This document shows, piece by piece, positions 52,194-63,974 of a DNA stretch of 64,000 bases (positions within the stretch are counted from its first letter, which is position 1; each line of letters opens with the position of its first letter). The position numbers and the translations under genes are program-made. The DNA comes from Phallusia mammillata (Eukaryota), in contig OZ281495.1 in NCBI GenBank assembly GCA_965637545.1, positions 14,818,001 to 14,882,000 on the forward strand, given 5' to 3'. The notes under the pieces were generated by a model. That model had not been told where the DNA came from. It did not search any database and saw only the letters and a program-made list of their open reading frames with translations.

Positions 52194-52867
52194 CGTCAGG
52201 ATGTATGACGTCATATCCTTGTCATGGCGTCGGACTTATGACGACAACATTTTCGCCCATTGTATACGTCACACGTAACAATATAGCCAGTAATATGCCA
52301 ACCTGGTGACGTCACGAATGACGTAAAACGACTGCTGACGTATAACGCGGCGTATCGTATCTTTGGTGTAGGGCATTTTTTTGCACAAAACAGTTTATTG
52401 CCTACAACGCCAACTGGTTTTCGTCCACGCGTGAACTGATCATAGGGACAACAGCAATATTTAACATTTCTTCCCAGTTTGTATTTGGGTACGTTTGTCG
52501 ATGTAAGTTCCGTATAAGTCTCGGCGAGTAGTAGAAAATGATTTTGCATGTTCCTTTTTGCAACCTATCGCCAGAAGCATTTTTGCCAAATCTACCAATT
52601 GATTGAAAAAAGTTTAACTGCCTTTGGTTGGACAAAACTTCTTATTACACCTATCATTATGTCGTCACAATCACCCTTTCACGTGTCGTCATTTTGCCCC
52701 TGACGTCAACGCCCATGTTTGCGGTCACTGCCCGACCTGTGCAAAAGCCTATTTATTCTACTGTGTGCTTTTCCTCGTGATTATTGCGTCGCATTCATTG
52801 CGATTTTTCTTTTACTAAGTGTTCACTCGACGACAAAGACGAGGCCCGCTGTGGTTGTGACGTCACA
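52191..52867. promoter_or_regulatory. Cluster of TGACGTCA (CRE-type) palindromes in the COUP-TF 3'UTR
   Basis: Perfect octamers at 52191, 52206, 52307, 52701 and 52858, plus several 1-2 mismatch variants. Confidence 0.6.
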
Positions 52868-53672
52868 GATGAAACTGCAGTCTGATGCCGTCTTTGGTGT
52901 TGTGCTTCATGTGTTACCGTGTTTTTGTCGGGGTCGTTGTCTTAATAACGAGTTAAGGTTATATTTGGTCATAGATAAGATTCGTAAAGTAAAATATTAA
53001 AAAAGGCTGATAAACAACAAAATTACCAAATTTTGAGAAAGAAAAAATTTCAGGTTATTTTTTCAGGTAAATTTATATTGATATTTTGGTAACCTGTTAC
53101 ATTATGTGAGCTCAACCCCGCTTCACCAATTTGCTTGTCGTGGATTGATTACGAAGTATTTGTAGGAAAGGTGTCGAAGACGCACAAACCTGTTGCATAA
53201 ATAAATTTTTCAACCTCTACCACTTTTAAGTTTGTGTTGAGCGCTGCAGTTCGCAGGAGGAGTAAAAAAACGGCCAAAGAAGATAAATTAATTGATGTAG
53301 GAAAGTGACGGTGTTTTCCGATAAAACAATTTAGAGAAACGTCCATTATTTAACATAGCAGTTTAACTAAATAGGCCTGTTTTTTTAAACACGAATGAGG
53401 AAGTTAAGATCATTTTTTAAAAAACGGATCATTTGTGAAAACAATCAACGTACCGTCCTAAACCACCTAACTTTATCTCATGCAAAAACTGTTGAAAAAA
53501 TCGAAAAAGGCTGACAATGCTAAAATAAAACAATACATCAAAAAGCTATGCAGCGAAACTTCTTCTTTATATTGTAAACACAGGCGGCGAAAAATTAAGT
53601 ATTTAAAAAGGAAGATTTGTTTTCAACTTTAAAAACCCAAGAAGAAACTCTTTTCCGAACAGAATTTCTAAA

Positions 53673-54224
53673 ATGGCGGAACTTATAATTTGTCAACCAG
53701 TCTTGTCTGTGGCTAAAATTGCTTTTAACAACCGACAAATTTGCGGCGGAAAGACAATAATTGTTGAACACATTGACATTACTAACAAGGTTTTGGGAAT
53801 AAAAGACGATGTTACGTTTCATGTGGAAGTGATTAATAAAGAAATTGAATTTGTATCTGAATTTGAATTAGGTATGTTCACCAGCACATAATCCATCTGA
53901 AACTCAAATTAATCCACAAAAAAAAGTTTATAATCATTAAGAATGGAAAGAGAACTTCGAATGTATTTAGGTTCCCCTAATGCAAAAGTGTACAAAGATT
54001 TAGCGTCGTATTTTTACATATCTGACCGTGAAATGCCAAAAAATTGTCAGCATTAAAGTAACAACATTACTTTGCTTGTATCTGGATTTTTTTAAAGTAT
54101 GGGTCTTTTCGACGTTTTTTTGACAAAAATGGTAAAATGTTACCACATTTCTACCGGCATACATGGGATAACTTTGAACGGTTTACTGTTTTTTGTCACT
54201 TTAGGCTTGGACACAGATAAATGA
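53673..54224 (+). CDS. Candidate small two-exon orphan gene (72 aa); exons 53673-53871, 54205-54224
   Basis: Exon 53663-53871 is bounded by a pyrimidine-rich CAG acceptor and an AG|GTATGT donor, with an AAAATGG start context. A strong downstream acceptor (TTTTTTGTCACTTTAG) gives GLDTDK*. No homology recognised. Confidence 0.35.
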
Positions 54225-56501
54225 TTGACTATAAGAAATGACTATAATTTTACACCGGTGGTAAATAAACCTTCAATATCACACAAACGACTTTGGCAGT
54301 AAACGTGTGTATGCTACACTTAATAATTGATAAAGACGTGTGCATGGCTACAACATTGTCAGTCCAAGAACGCCCTTGACCGGAATAGCAAAAAAGAGTC
54401 TCACGAAAAACCAACTGCATTATAACAAACCCTTCCATGTTTAATGAAACGCTGATATCTGATTTCCCAAATGGCCATCACTACTGACCCCCACCATTGA
54501 CCAACAGTTATAAGTCAAGCCCCAAAATCCATTAGATCTCGTGAAATAAGCCTTTTTCGCATGAAAAACCCTACACAGCGAGCAATGGGACCCAAAGGGC
54601 GGCAAATCCGATCAGTGCGGGGTCAGGCTTACGGCTTTGTGCCGACAAGGTCACTGTCAACAATGGCCGGGGGCCAGCTGCCCAATCATATCGGCTTTGT
54701 CTGGACGGTCAAAGTTTAGCCGAGACCATAACCCGGTGTTGGTGGCAACTTCCACGCGAAACTCGTTGTTGAAAGTCTCAGCACAGGAGGTAAACTTTGG
54801 TAAGGACTTCCATTTTGGTGGAAAACTTGCAAAATGGCTTTGTCGGCTTAAAACCTAAAAGCGTTACAATATCTACCTTTTACATTTACCTTCACGGGTG
54901 ACAATAATTAATCGCCGCCCTATTCGATTTTGTACACAACAACCAACTATTTCAACGGTAGAACAAACATCTTTTGTGGCAATAACAACAAACCACATGG
55001 TAAAAAATATGGTTTAAAGATTACATAACATTCTTAATTCTGTTGTGCTAAACTTACTTTCTCTGACGTTTTTGTATCTGTTCAAAATATTGAAACTTGC
55101 GCCTTTGGTGGTGTCAGGGTTTACTTGCGGAAAAAGAGTTGAAATTTACTTAAACTTACAACCTAAAAATTGTCAAACGTCTACAAACGTTGTGTAGAAT
55201 TTGATCATCTCACTTGCTGAGTTTAATCACAACATTCCAAGGCAAATTGGTTGTCGTATTCAATTAGCTCAGTCCTGGAACACCTGTCACCTTGCTCGAA
55301 TTGTATATACAGCAGGTCCCAAATTTCATTAATGCCAAGGCCAACAACCTCTGAATTTTGGGAAACAAATCAATATACTTCATATACAATACATGACATG
55401 TATATTTCACCCTTGACCCCTACATGTGGGAACGAATAAGGAACCAACTCGTCGTCTGAGTCCCTTCTGGGTGGCAATTAAATTAGCGCACCTCCATATT
55501 CCCAAATGCAATCTATTGCGCGGACTGAAACAGGTGCCAAGGTCATATAGCGGTCCTGGATTATATGTGGGCTACGCGACCTCCTAATGCGATGAAGTTT
55601 TCGCGACGGTCGCGTTTTTTTTCTATTTCTGAACAATCTCAGTTGTCAGATGAACAGATGCTCCTTGCCCGACACGATCCCACTCCTTGGCCTATATGAG
55701 AAATTAACTTGTCTCGGTGGGGAAGGGCTCTTGTTGGTGATGATACACGTTGAAGGGAAAGCACGCGAATGTGTTATGAGCTGCAATGATTATAAGATGA
55801 ACTTTGGATTGCAGAGTTGTTTTGACAAGGGCGACGACATTTGCGGTTTTTCTCGTTTTCCAATTAGTTTAACTGCCTCGGGACTCGCTGGTCTGTTCTT
55901 ATGTAGCGGTGTAGCTGCCATTTGTGAGACAAACATTTATGTATACTGAGTGCGATTTTGTTGCACTTAACTTTCCCCAAGACAAAAATTAGCTGGATAA
56001 ATATTGTACGGCATAGGTATTCATCTTTTCCTCTTCCAAATATAAATTTACCCAACATAACAACTCAACATTATTTTTCAATTTGCCGTTCGAGTGTGTT
56101 GAACATGTAAATAAAATGACCAGTAAGCTTTCGAAGTAATATGAACCGCAATTTAAATCATTTCTTTTAATTAAATCTTTTGTTTCTTAAACTTTTCCTT
56201 CAATAAACCCAATCTTTTTAAGGGTCACGAATATACTGTCATAAATGTTACAACTTTTCATGCGCGACTCTTTTAAAACACAGAAACTAACACTTCATTC
56301 TACAGCAATCTGCTTGAAAAAGGGTTGCGTTGTCTTGAAAAGACAGAAGACCCCTGTCTTGTAGTTAAAATTTGTAGTTAAATTAGAAGACCCCTGTCGT
56401 TACAATGTAAAGGGAATAGCACGCTGCCCATCTGCGAAAATTACTGAAATTCTTACTTGGTTTACAAACGTGACAAGTAATTTAACTACAAACTGGCTGT
56501 A

Positions 56502-56520
56502 TAGCGACATCTAGTGGTAC
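56502..56520 (-). promoter_or_regulatory. CTCF-like motif, reverse
   Basis: The - strand reads GTACCACTAGATGTCGCTA (consensus TGGCCACCAGGGGGCGCTA family). Confidence 0.55.
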
Positions 56521-56749
56521 ACAACTTTGAGATCTCGTAAAGAGGCTCTTGTCGATCAACGCCTGCTAACCAGTAGAGCGGCACCACTCACGTAAGGCCT
56601 GCGACGAATGATGCGCGGCAAGCGACATGCAGAACGCGGCACTTCGCACGCACAGCCGTGATCAGGACCCCGAAACCGGGAGCGGTTGGAAATATGAGCC
56701 GTAATCGGAGTGGCCAAGTTTGCGTGCTTGACCTTTGCGGTCTGACACA

Positions 56750-56763
56750 AGGTCAATAGTTCA
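56750..56763 (+). promoter_or_regulatory. Perfect DR2 retinoic-acid-response-type element
   Basis: AGGTCA-AT-AGTTCA. Confidence 0.5.
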
Positions 56764-57895
56764 AGTACAAGACCGGAATAGGAGAAGGCTTTTCGTGCGC
56801 TTTGGGGAAGAGTTTAGAAGCGGTGAATTGCAGGACCGCCCTGCGTGCAGGCAATGTACCGGCATCCGTGAATACTGGATGCGAAAAGAGGTCAACAGGC
56901 ACTTCCCAGTTTTGACTGTCAACGGGCAATATACTTGGCACAGGGCCTATGGGTCGCAAGCGGGACTGTTTATCTGCCAATGCAAGTGGAAGTGTATACA
57001 ACTTTGATAAAAGGGAACGCAAACTTACATCAAAAACTTGAATTTTCTATTATTATTTTATAATTTTTTTATAATTGAATATTTGACTTTTGTATTGTAA
57101 AGTAACCTACATTATAACCCATGAAAGGCAAATCAAAGGGCATTGCTATTTCCGAAATTGTTTGCCATCTGTGATAAACCGAGACCGAAATTGTAAATTG
57201 TGTGTATTTTTTAATTAAAAGGGGCTTGATTTATAGTTGGTTAAAATATGTAAGTTACATTAAAATATGTTTTACAGCTTGGGACAAAATTTTGCAAAAA
57301 ATAAATGCAAAAAGCAAACACTGCACATTCCACAAATAGACGTGAAAATTTTTGCACATTCTAAAAAAATAAAAGCTCGTCACCAATTTCGCAGAAACAA
57401 CTTAAACCTTCCCGCAATTTGTGCAACAAACGCAGACAGCAACACGACACGTCTGGTGTCAGAGGCAAAACAACAAACTTGAAAAGTAAGGAGCATGTTG
57501 GGCAAATGCCACAGGCGCGACGCTAAAACCCTGCTAATGAGAGCTAAGCCTCGCACAGTGAGAGGTGCAAGGTCAGGGAGCAGGACCTGAAATAGGAAAA
57601 CGACAACATTTTGCCTAAGCTTGGCCAAGACCATGACGGCGGGTTGAGATGGGCGACTCTGAAGTGGTTCCTCTCTGTGGAAACGACGTATAAACTGACA
57701 GGGTGATATTGGAATGTGAGTACCAGGGAGGTGTATTTTGCTCCACCAATCCGCATGGGGACAGTAGAGAAGTTTTGTCAGACCAGTGTTTTTGCGTTTC
57801 CTGTTTAAATAGGCTACTAAAGCTGTTTCAAACCCCTACATCTAAAAGTTATATTTGTAAATCTCTGTGAATTCTTTGTTTATCGATTTTTTAAT

Positions 57896-57940
57896 AAACA
57901 CAAACACACACCCTTATACACACATACACACATACATACT
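57896..57940. repeat. Imperfect (CA)/(CATA) microsatellite
   Basis: AAACACAAACACACACCCTTATACACACATACACACATACATAC. Confidence 0.6.
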
Positions 57941-58549
57941 TAAGTTTCGACGATGACAATCCCACCCATTTGATGAACACACGGTTTAGTATTAGGCTAT
58001 TCTCCTCATAAACAGACATTACATAAAGACAACACTTCTTTTCTTGCATTTCCTATAATAACAGCAAAAGTGTCGTTGCATCCAACACGAGTTAAAAAAG
58101 CGATTTGAACTTCACCCACGTCGGGTCACTGCACTTTGAATGGGCGTAACGATTTAAACTGTAAGACCACGTGACACATGACGACCCGCGCTTGTGATAG
58201 TTGCAAGTCTAAACACGACTTTCCTGGGTAGGGGTTTGGATCCATAATAGCAATCCGAACCAGTTGAAGTTGTCGCAACAGAGTTTGCTAATTATCCTAC
58301 GGTTAAACCATTCCTTTCGACTACATTCTCAACGAATGACAATGACTTTGAAAGATTATATTGTATACCCGATATGCTATGGTTCCAGAAATTAGCGTTG
58401 CAACAAAATTGTGCGATTTCTATGCAGATTGCACTATTTCAATTTTTTGATGTAACAGTTAGACGAATAGGTTTTTCGGTAAAAGCTCCGGATTTTGTCA
58501 AGTTTCATTCGGTGCCTAATGAACACAACCGGTGGCAAAAATCGTTTGT

Positions 58550-58555
58550 TTTATT
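58550..58555 (-). terminator. Candidate polyadenylation signal for UNC-45
   Basis: TTTATT on + strand about 330 nt past the stop codon. Confidence 0.4.
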
Positions 58556-58885
58556 TTGAAGTGCACAGTCATGCAAAAGAGCGCGATATACAAATAAATA
58601 AAGTAGGTAACACTGCATTCTTGTAGAGCATGCGCACATGCAAATGTGCTGTGTCAGTGATTCGGTAAAGGGAAAGAACTGTCAAATAAGCTCCAAAAAC
58701 TACAAAACTTTGAAGACAATGATTTTGAAAATAAACAAAGCATTTGACAGAAGCGTTGCCAAGTAACAAACCCCGTTTACTTCAGCAGCAGGGCAAATTT
58801 GATCAAAATGAAATACCAAGGCAGCTGTTGTATGATTGTGTGCGTGACGTGTTGTTCATGCTTGAGTGGGCAGCATTGTATGACG

Positions 58886-61800
58886 TCATAACCCGGTTGC
58901 TTGGATAAATTTATCATCTTCTAACTTCCGCAAGGCGGCGATAGCGGTCGCACGAGCTTTCGATTTAGCTGGTGATTCGTCTTTGGACATTACGATGAGA
59001 ATTTCCAAAATATTACTGCAACGAAAAACTTACGTTTAAACGAAATATCAAAATATAGAAATGTTGCGTAACACTGCAGACAAGCCAATGCATAGGCTGT
59101 ACCACCACAACACATTTATAAACCATTTACCTTGCCACAATGTCTTCAGCAGAGAACTTGCAATTACTGACGATGTTGTACACAATCACCAAACCACGAT
59201 GTTGGATTTCAAGGTTTTCATCCAAAGAAACAATCGAAAGATTCTCCAACCACGATTTGCTCTGTGTGACATAACAGAAGTGACGGTCACGTGAAAAAAC
59301 CGACAAGCCAAGTTTTTGACACTTACACATGGTGTTGTGACCCATGACATTTATTTACGAAAACAAACGCCTACATAAAACTTTCTTTGCTAAACGTTAT
59401 TTCACTTTTTTACAATAAACTAAAGCTTCGTTAGTCGACTGAAACATCGGTAAAATTCCTCCGGTCTACAATTCCGATGTAAATTAAACATAATAAAACT
59501 TTTATCACTTACAGTTTCGCGTATTTTTCGGCAAATCTTTTCACTCTTGGCTGTGAGCATTGCGAGTCCGCCTGCAGCCGCTTTCCTTGTTGCTTCATCA
59601 TCTTCACTACACAGAAGTACGAAGATCTTTACTCGCTCGTGGCTTTCCTGCTCCATGATCTCAACCATCTTGGGAAAAGAGAAGAATTTTTATTATAATA
59701 ACCGTTTCCTCGACTAATATGCACGCCAAAATAGAACGCTATAATCATAGATGAAATTGTCCCCACATTGGCTTCAAGTAATTTAGAAGCAATGTGTTGT
59801 TTTTGTTTTATAATACTTGCTGATTGGCCAAACTCGGAGCTTGCCCTGATGTTATTCTGTAATGGTCATTATTCTTTTAGGTCCTTACCTCTTGACACAT
59901 GCAGAGATTACAGAATAGTTCTGTTCCCGATCTTCTCAAATACTCATGATCTTCAAGCATGTAACTTTCAACTTCACTTAACATCTTCTCGCGGATGATT
60001 CGCCGCCTGTAATTCAAAGCATAAAAAGTTCAATGCAGGAAAAGTAGTTTTTTGCAATTATATTTAAACAAACAATACTGAAAATAATTGTACTCACGTA
60101 TTATTATCTTACCTTCTACGAAAAACTAGCTTCAGGGTAAACTATAAACAGTAAAAAACTGATGATAAGTTACACACACCTGTGGGTGTCATCCATTCCT
60201 GCCAGGTTTGTAAGAGCCATGAGAGCTTCGAAATTCTGAAGCGAGTCGCATTCAGGATGAAGAAGTTGTTTGAGAACTCGAACACATTCCAGTGACTGCA
60301 ATAGTGGAAATAATAAAAATCTTTGCCACAGTTGCAGTGATGCTTTAAGCTTATTGTCTTATGTTACTCAAAAAAAGAAGTTTTTTTTTCAAATAGTTTG
60401 TCATGGTTGGGGATAGATAACGTTTATTTTATTTTTAAACTTTCATTCTATTCAACGAGCGCTGAACTTTCTTTCAGAGACAAGTGACATTTTGTGTTAT
60501 TTGTATCAATCACCGGTTAGTCGCTGAGAATTATAGTTTAAGGATTTATTGCACGACCTTTGGGGCCAGTACTGTTGCAGTCTTTCATAGTGATAAATGT
60601 CGTTTTAAACTTACCCGTTGTCCCGGAAAAGCGATGGCCGGGTTGGATGTGATTGCGATCCGAGCAACCGCCTGCGCCGCGCAACGTTTGCCTTTTTGTG
60701 TTCCCTCAGTACAGAGAGGTACAAGACATTTCCCACCACCTGCTGCTACCACAAGACCTCGGTTCTCCTCGTTTTCAACGCTTACCAAGAACACTCTGCA
60801 AATAATAAAGATAATTTGTAGTCTTTCAAACGCATAACATAACCGAACTTTATTAGTTTATAGTTTAGTTGATTAAGTATAGTGTGTGAAGTTGGTCATT
60901 GGGTAGCTTCGTTGACTAAACACATATATACGTCATTCGCACAACAGATTTTGCCGAATTTTACCCAAAGCAGAGGTTTGCAAGTTTTTGCTACAATAAA
61001 ATGTTGTCTTCCTTCCCTAAACTTGTCTTTTATAACAAAACCTAATAAATATTGACCAACGACTTGGAAACGTCCTACAAGCGGAATTGTGTCCAGACCA
61101 GATTGAGCATAGCAAACACTTACCGGCAAAGCAGTTCCTTTGAAGTATCTGTAAGCAATGCGGTGTCAGTATTAGCGAGTGCCACCAGTGCGTTTACCAT
61201 CCCAGCTTCCACCAGCAACTTTACCCGGTATTTTACATATGTTGGTTTGTCCTGAAAAAATCACAATCCATGCTTAAGACACAGTAAAACAAACTAAAAC
61301 GCTTACAATTGATGTTAAATATAGGAAGTACTAGAGGCTAATGGAAAACACCTCTCTGGTACTGCTACTGCAAACAACAAATACACGCACTAATAGCTAA
61401 TCACGTTTCCAAAACTGCCAATATATAACTGAGACGAGTTGTTAGAAGATGCTTGATATTCTGATTAAATATATTTAGAGATTGGTGATGCTACGACTAC
61501 ATGCAAAAGGTGATTTTACGTCAGAAGCAATAGTTCATTCATACATATAAATATAGTTAACTTTAACATACATAAAGCCTAAGCTACAAAAAATGGCATA
61601 TTTCATCTTACCTTGTCGTGCTCCTCTGGAATATGGTGTTTTGCGTATTTTGCCAATTCAATCATCTCAGGCACAGCATCGTCATTCTTGTCGTATGTAT
61701 TGGTGCAGTTAACCAGGCAGCTCACCACACCGTACATCACAGTCTTGTCCTTTGACTTAGCGAGCTGAAACAAAGCGTCCAGTGCTTCCTGGTCACGACA

Positions 61801-63974
61801 CAAGTCCTCTTTGACATCGGCATCAAGGGTAAGGTACGAGAGACCCTCTGCTGCCCACTTGCGGAGATCAAAATCTTTGGCCGGGTTAGCAAGAAATCTA
61901 AATTAAGGAAATTTCATTAAAAACTGAAAAAATGTGCGAATGCAAACAAGTATAGTCAAACAAATTAAGAAAGCGGTTAAGTGGTCAAATCGTTTTTTTT
62001 AGAAAACTTACTTTCTACACTGTTTAGCTAGTTTTTGTGACGATCCATCGGCAAATGCACGCATGCTGACGTCAGTACCGTGAGACGAGCCGAGTTTACA
62101 AAGACCAACCAATGCACGAATCTTAACGCCGTCCGATTTTGTGTTCTTGAATAATTCTTTAAGTAGCGTGGCGCCATTTTCCACAACAAAGGTTGCTTTG
62201 TTTTGCTTCGAAGTTGATGTAATGATTGCTTCAATTGCAGCAATCTAAAAAAAAATTGGAAATTAGATTGTTAAATTTTAAATAACTTGGTCCCACTAAT
62301 AAGAAAACAAATGTTAAGAATGGAAACATAATCGCACATTGCTGAACAGTTTCGAACTAAAAATGGCAGAAATGGTAGGTAAACTGCATTAAAAGTGTAC
62401 AACCTGGCAAATTAAGTGGTTAGCTGTTGACTAGCAAAAATAACAGCTGTTACAATGTTTGTATGAAAATTAAAATGGTTTGTATTAAAGTAAAACAAAA
62501 CACCTCCATTTTCTAACCTGTACAATCTCTTCTTCTGCTCCAGTCATAGCCACCATAGTCTCCAACACTCCCTTCATACCTAAAGCTTTTTGTCCGCTGT
62601 CAAAAGGTCCCTGAAGTAGACAAGTCAACACAGACATAGCTTGCATGTTGCCTGTCATGGAACCAGAGGAAAACAATGACCTGGGTAAAAAATATCACCA
62701 TGTTTGATCAACTGTTAAAACACATTTTAGTGTATGAAATTTTGAAGCTTACTGCAAGTATTGGCGAACTTTTTCATCCCAAACTGTACGAGCAGCATCT
62801 CCACCCAAATCATCATAAAGTTTAGTCAGTGCAACAGCACAGTTTAGTCGTGTGTTTGGTGTGATATCAACCGGTGCCACATCAGGTTTGAAACCAAAGC
62901 TAGCAATTTCCAGCAGTGTTTGCAGCCCTATAAAAATGAACTTAATAATTTCAAATGCTCAAAAGGCAGATTTATTACCAGTAAAGTATGGCAGTACCTC
63001 CAATTTCCAAAAAGGCCATTGTTCGGCCATTGTTGCCTGCTCTGAGGTCTTTTCTTGGAATATTTTTAGCGATTAGTGACACTGCATTGTCACGACCTTG
63101 AGCAGAAACCTCCTTGTCTGCCAACATATTTTTCAAAGATACCAGGATTGCCATCAGATCCTTAGCATAGTCTGCGAAAAATATTAATTGCATGATCCCA
63201 GTGAAGACAACTACTCATCCAAGAAGGACACCAAACTAAATTAATCCCACTTTTTAGTGAATTCTTTGTGCAAAAGTTTTTTTTAAGTTAACTGATATTA
63301 AATTAAAAGCTTACCTGCTCTCATGGCATTTTCTGTGCCACGAAGATTCACTTTGTCTTGACTGTTCAAGGAATCAGCAATAGACTGAAACAAGTGCAGA
63401 GTAGCCATTGACATCTCTTCAGTGGCATCTTTTGACCCCATACAGGAGCACATTCGCTCAACACCAACTTCTCTTAGAAGGACAATGGCCTGTAATGCAA
63501 GTAATTGTTGAATCCAAAGCTACAACACATGTACTCATAAAAATTTTTGCAACATTCTTTTGAGAGTTTTTAAGAATAGTTGTCCGAGCTATTTTTGCTT
63601 TAAACACACAAGTTTCAAAAAAGTAATAAATCAACCAAGTACAAAGCTTAAGTTTTTAGGTACCATTAAGTAAACTTTTAAAGACAGTTGCATGTAGTAA
63701 AAAAATATTTTCTTACCCGTGCTTGATGACCATTACAAAGGGCTGATAAAGTTCGAATAGCAGAAAGTCGAACATATGGGTCTGGTTGCTCAAGTAAGTC
63801 CGTCAAAGCAGCTGGTCCTCCTTCTCGAAAAATTCGTTCAGCTCCTGCCTCATCTCGTGAAAGAACAACTAGGTTGTCTCCTGCTTTTTGGCGTTTGTCT
63901 TTGTCACTTGTTTTGTCAAAAAGGATTTTTAACATTGAGTTCACTCTATTTTCTGTCGAATTCTCCTCAAACAT
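58886..63974 (-). CDS. UNC45: UNC-45 myosin chaperone (central + UCS domains; TPR 5' end outside window); exons 63974-63717, 63489-63315, 63171-62998, 62927-62753, 62680-62518, 62244-62012, 61897-61612, 61251-61124, 60795-60615, 60295-60180, 60006-59889, 59668-59513, 59261-59131, 59015-58886
   Basis: Motifs NLVVLSRDEAGAERIF, VSAQGRD, LLQGPFD, IRALVGLCKLGS, RKWAAEGLSYLTLDADVKE, ELAKYAKHHIPEEH, NPAIAFPGQR, QNFEALMALTNLA and QHRGLVIVYN. All 13 introns are GT-AG and phase-consistent (one AAG acceptor before 59668). Confidence 0.96.

Noticed and set aside
52191-52290. Stop-codon readthrough or selenocysteine (three in-frame TGA-C at 52191, 52206, 52239)
   Set aside because: Explained by the repeated TGACG motif. 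The context is not UGA-CUAG, the extension would be only a few residues, and no SECIS was recognised.
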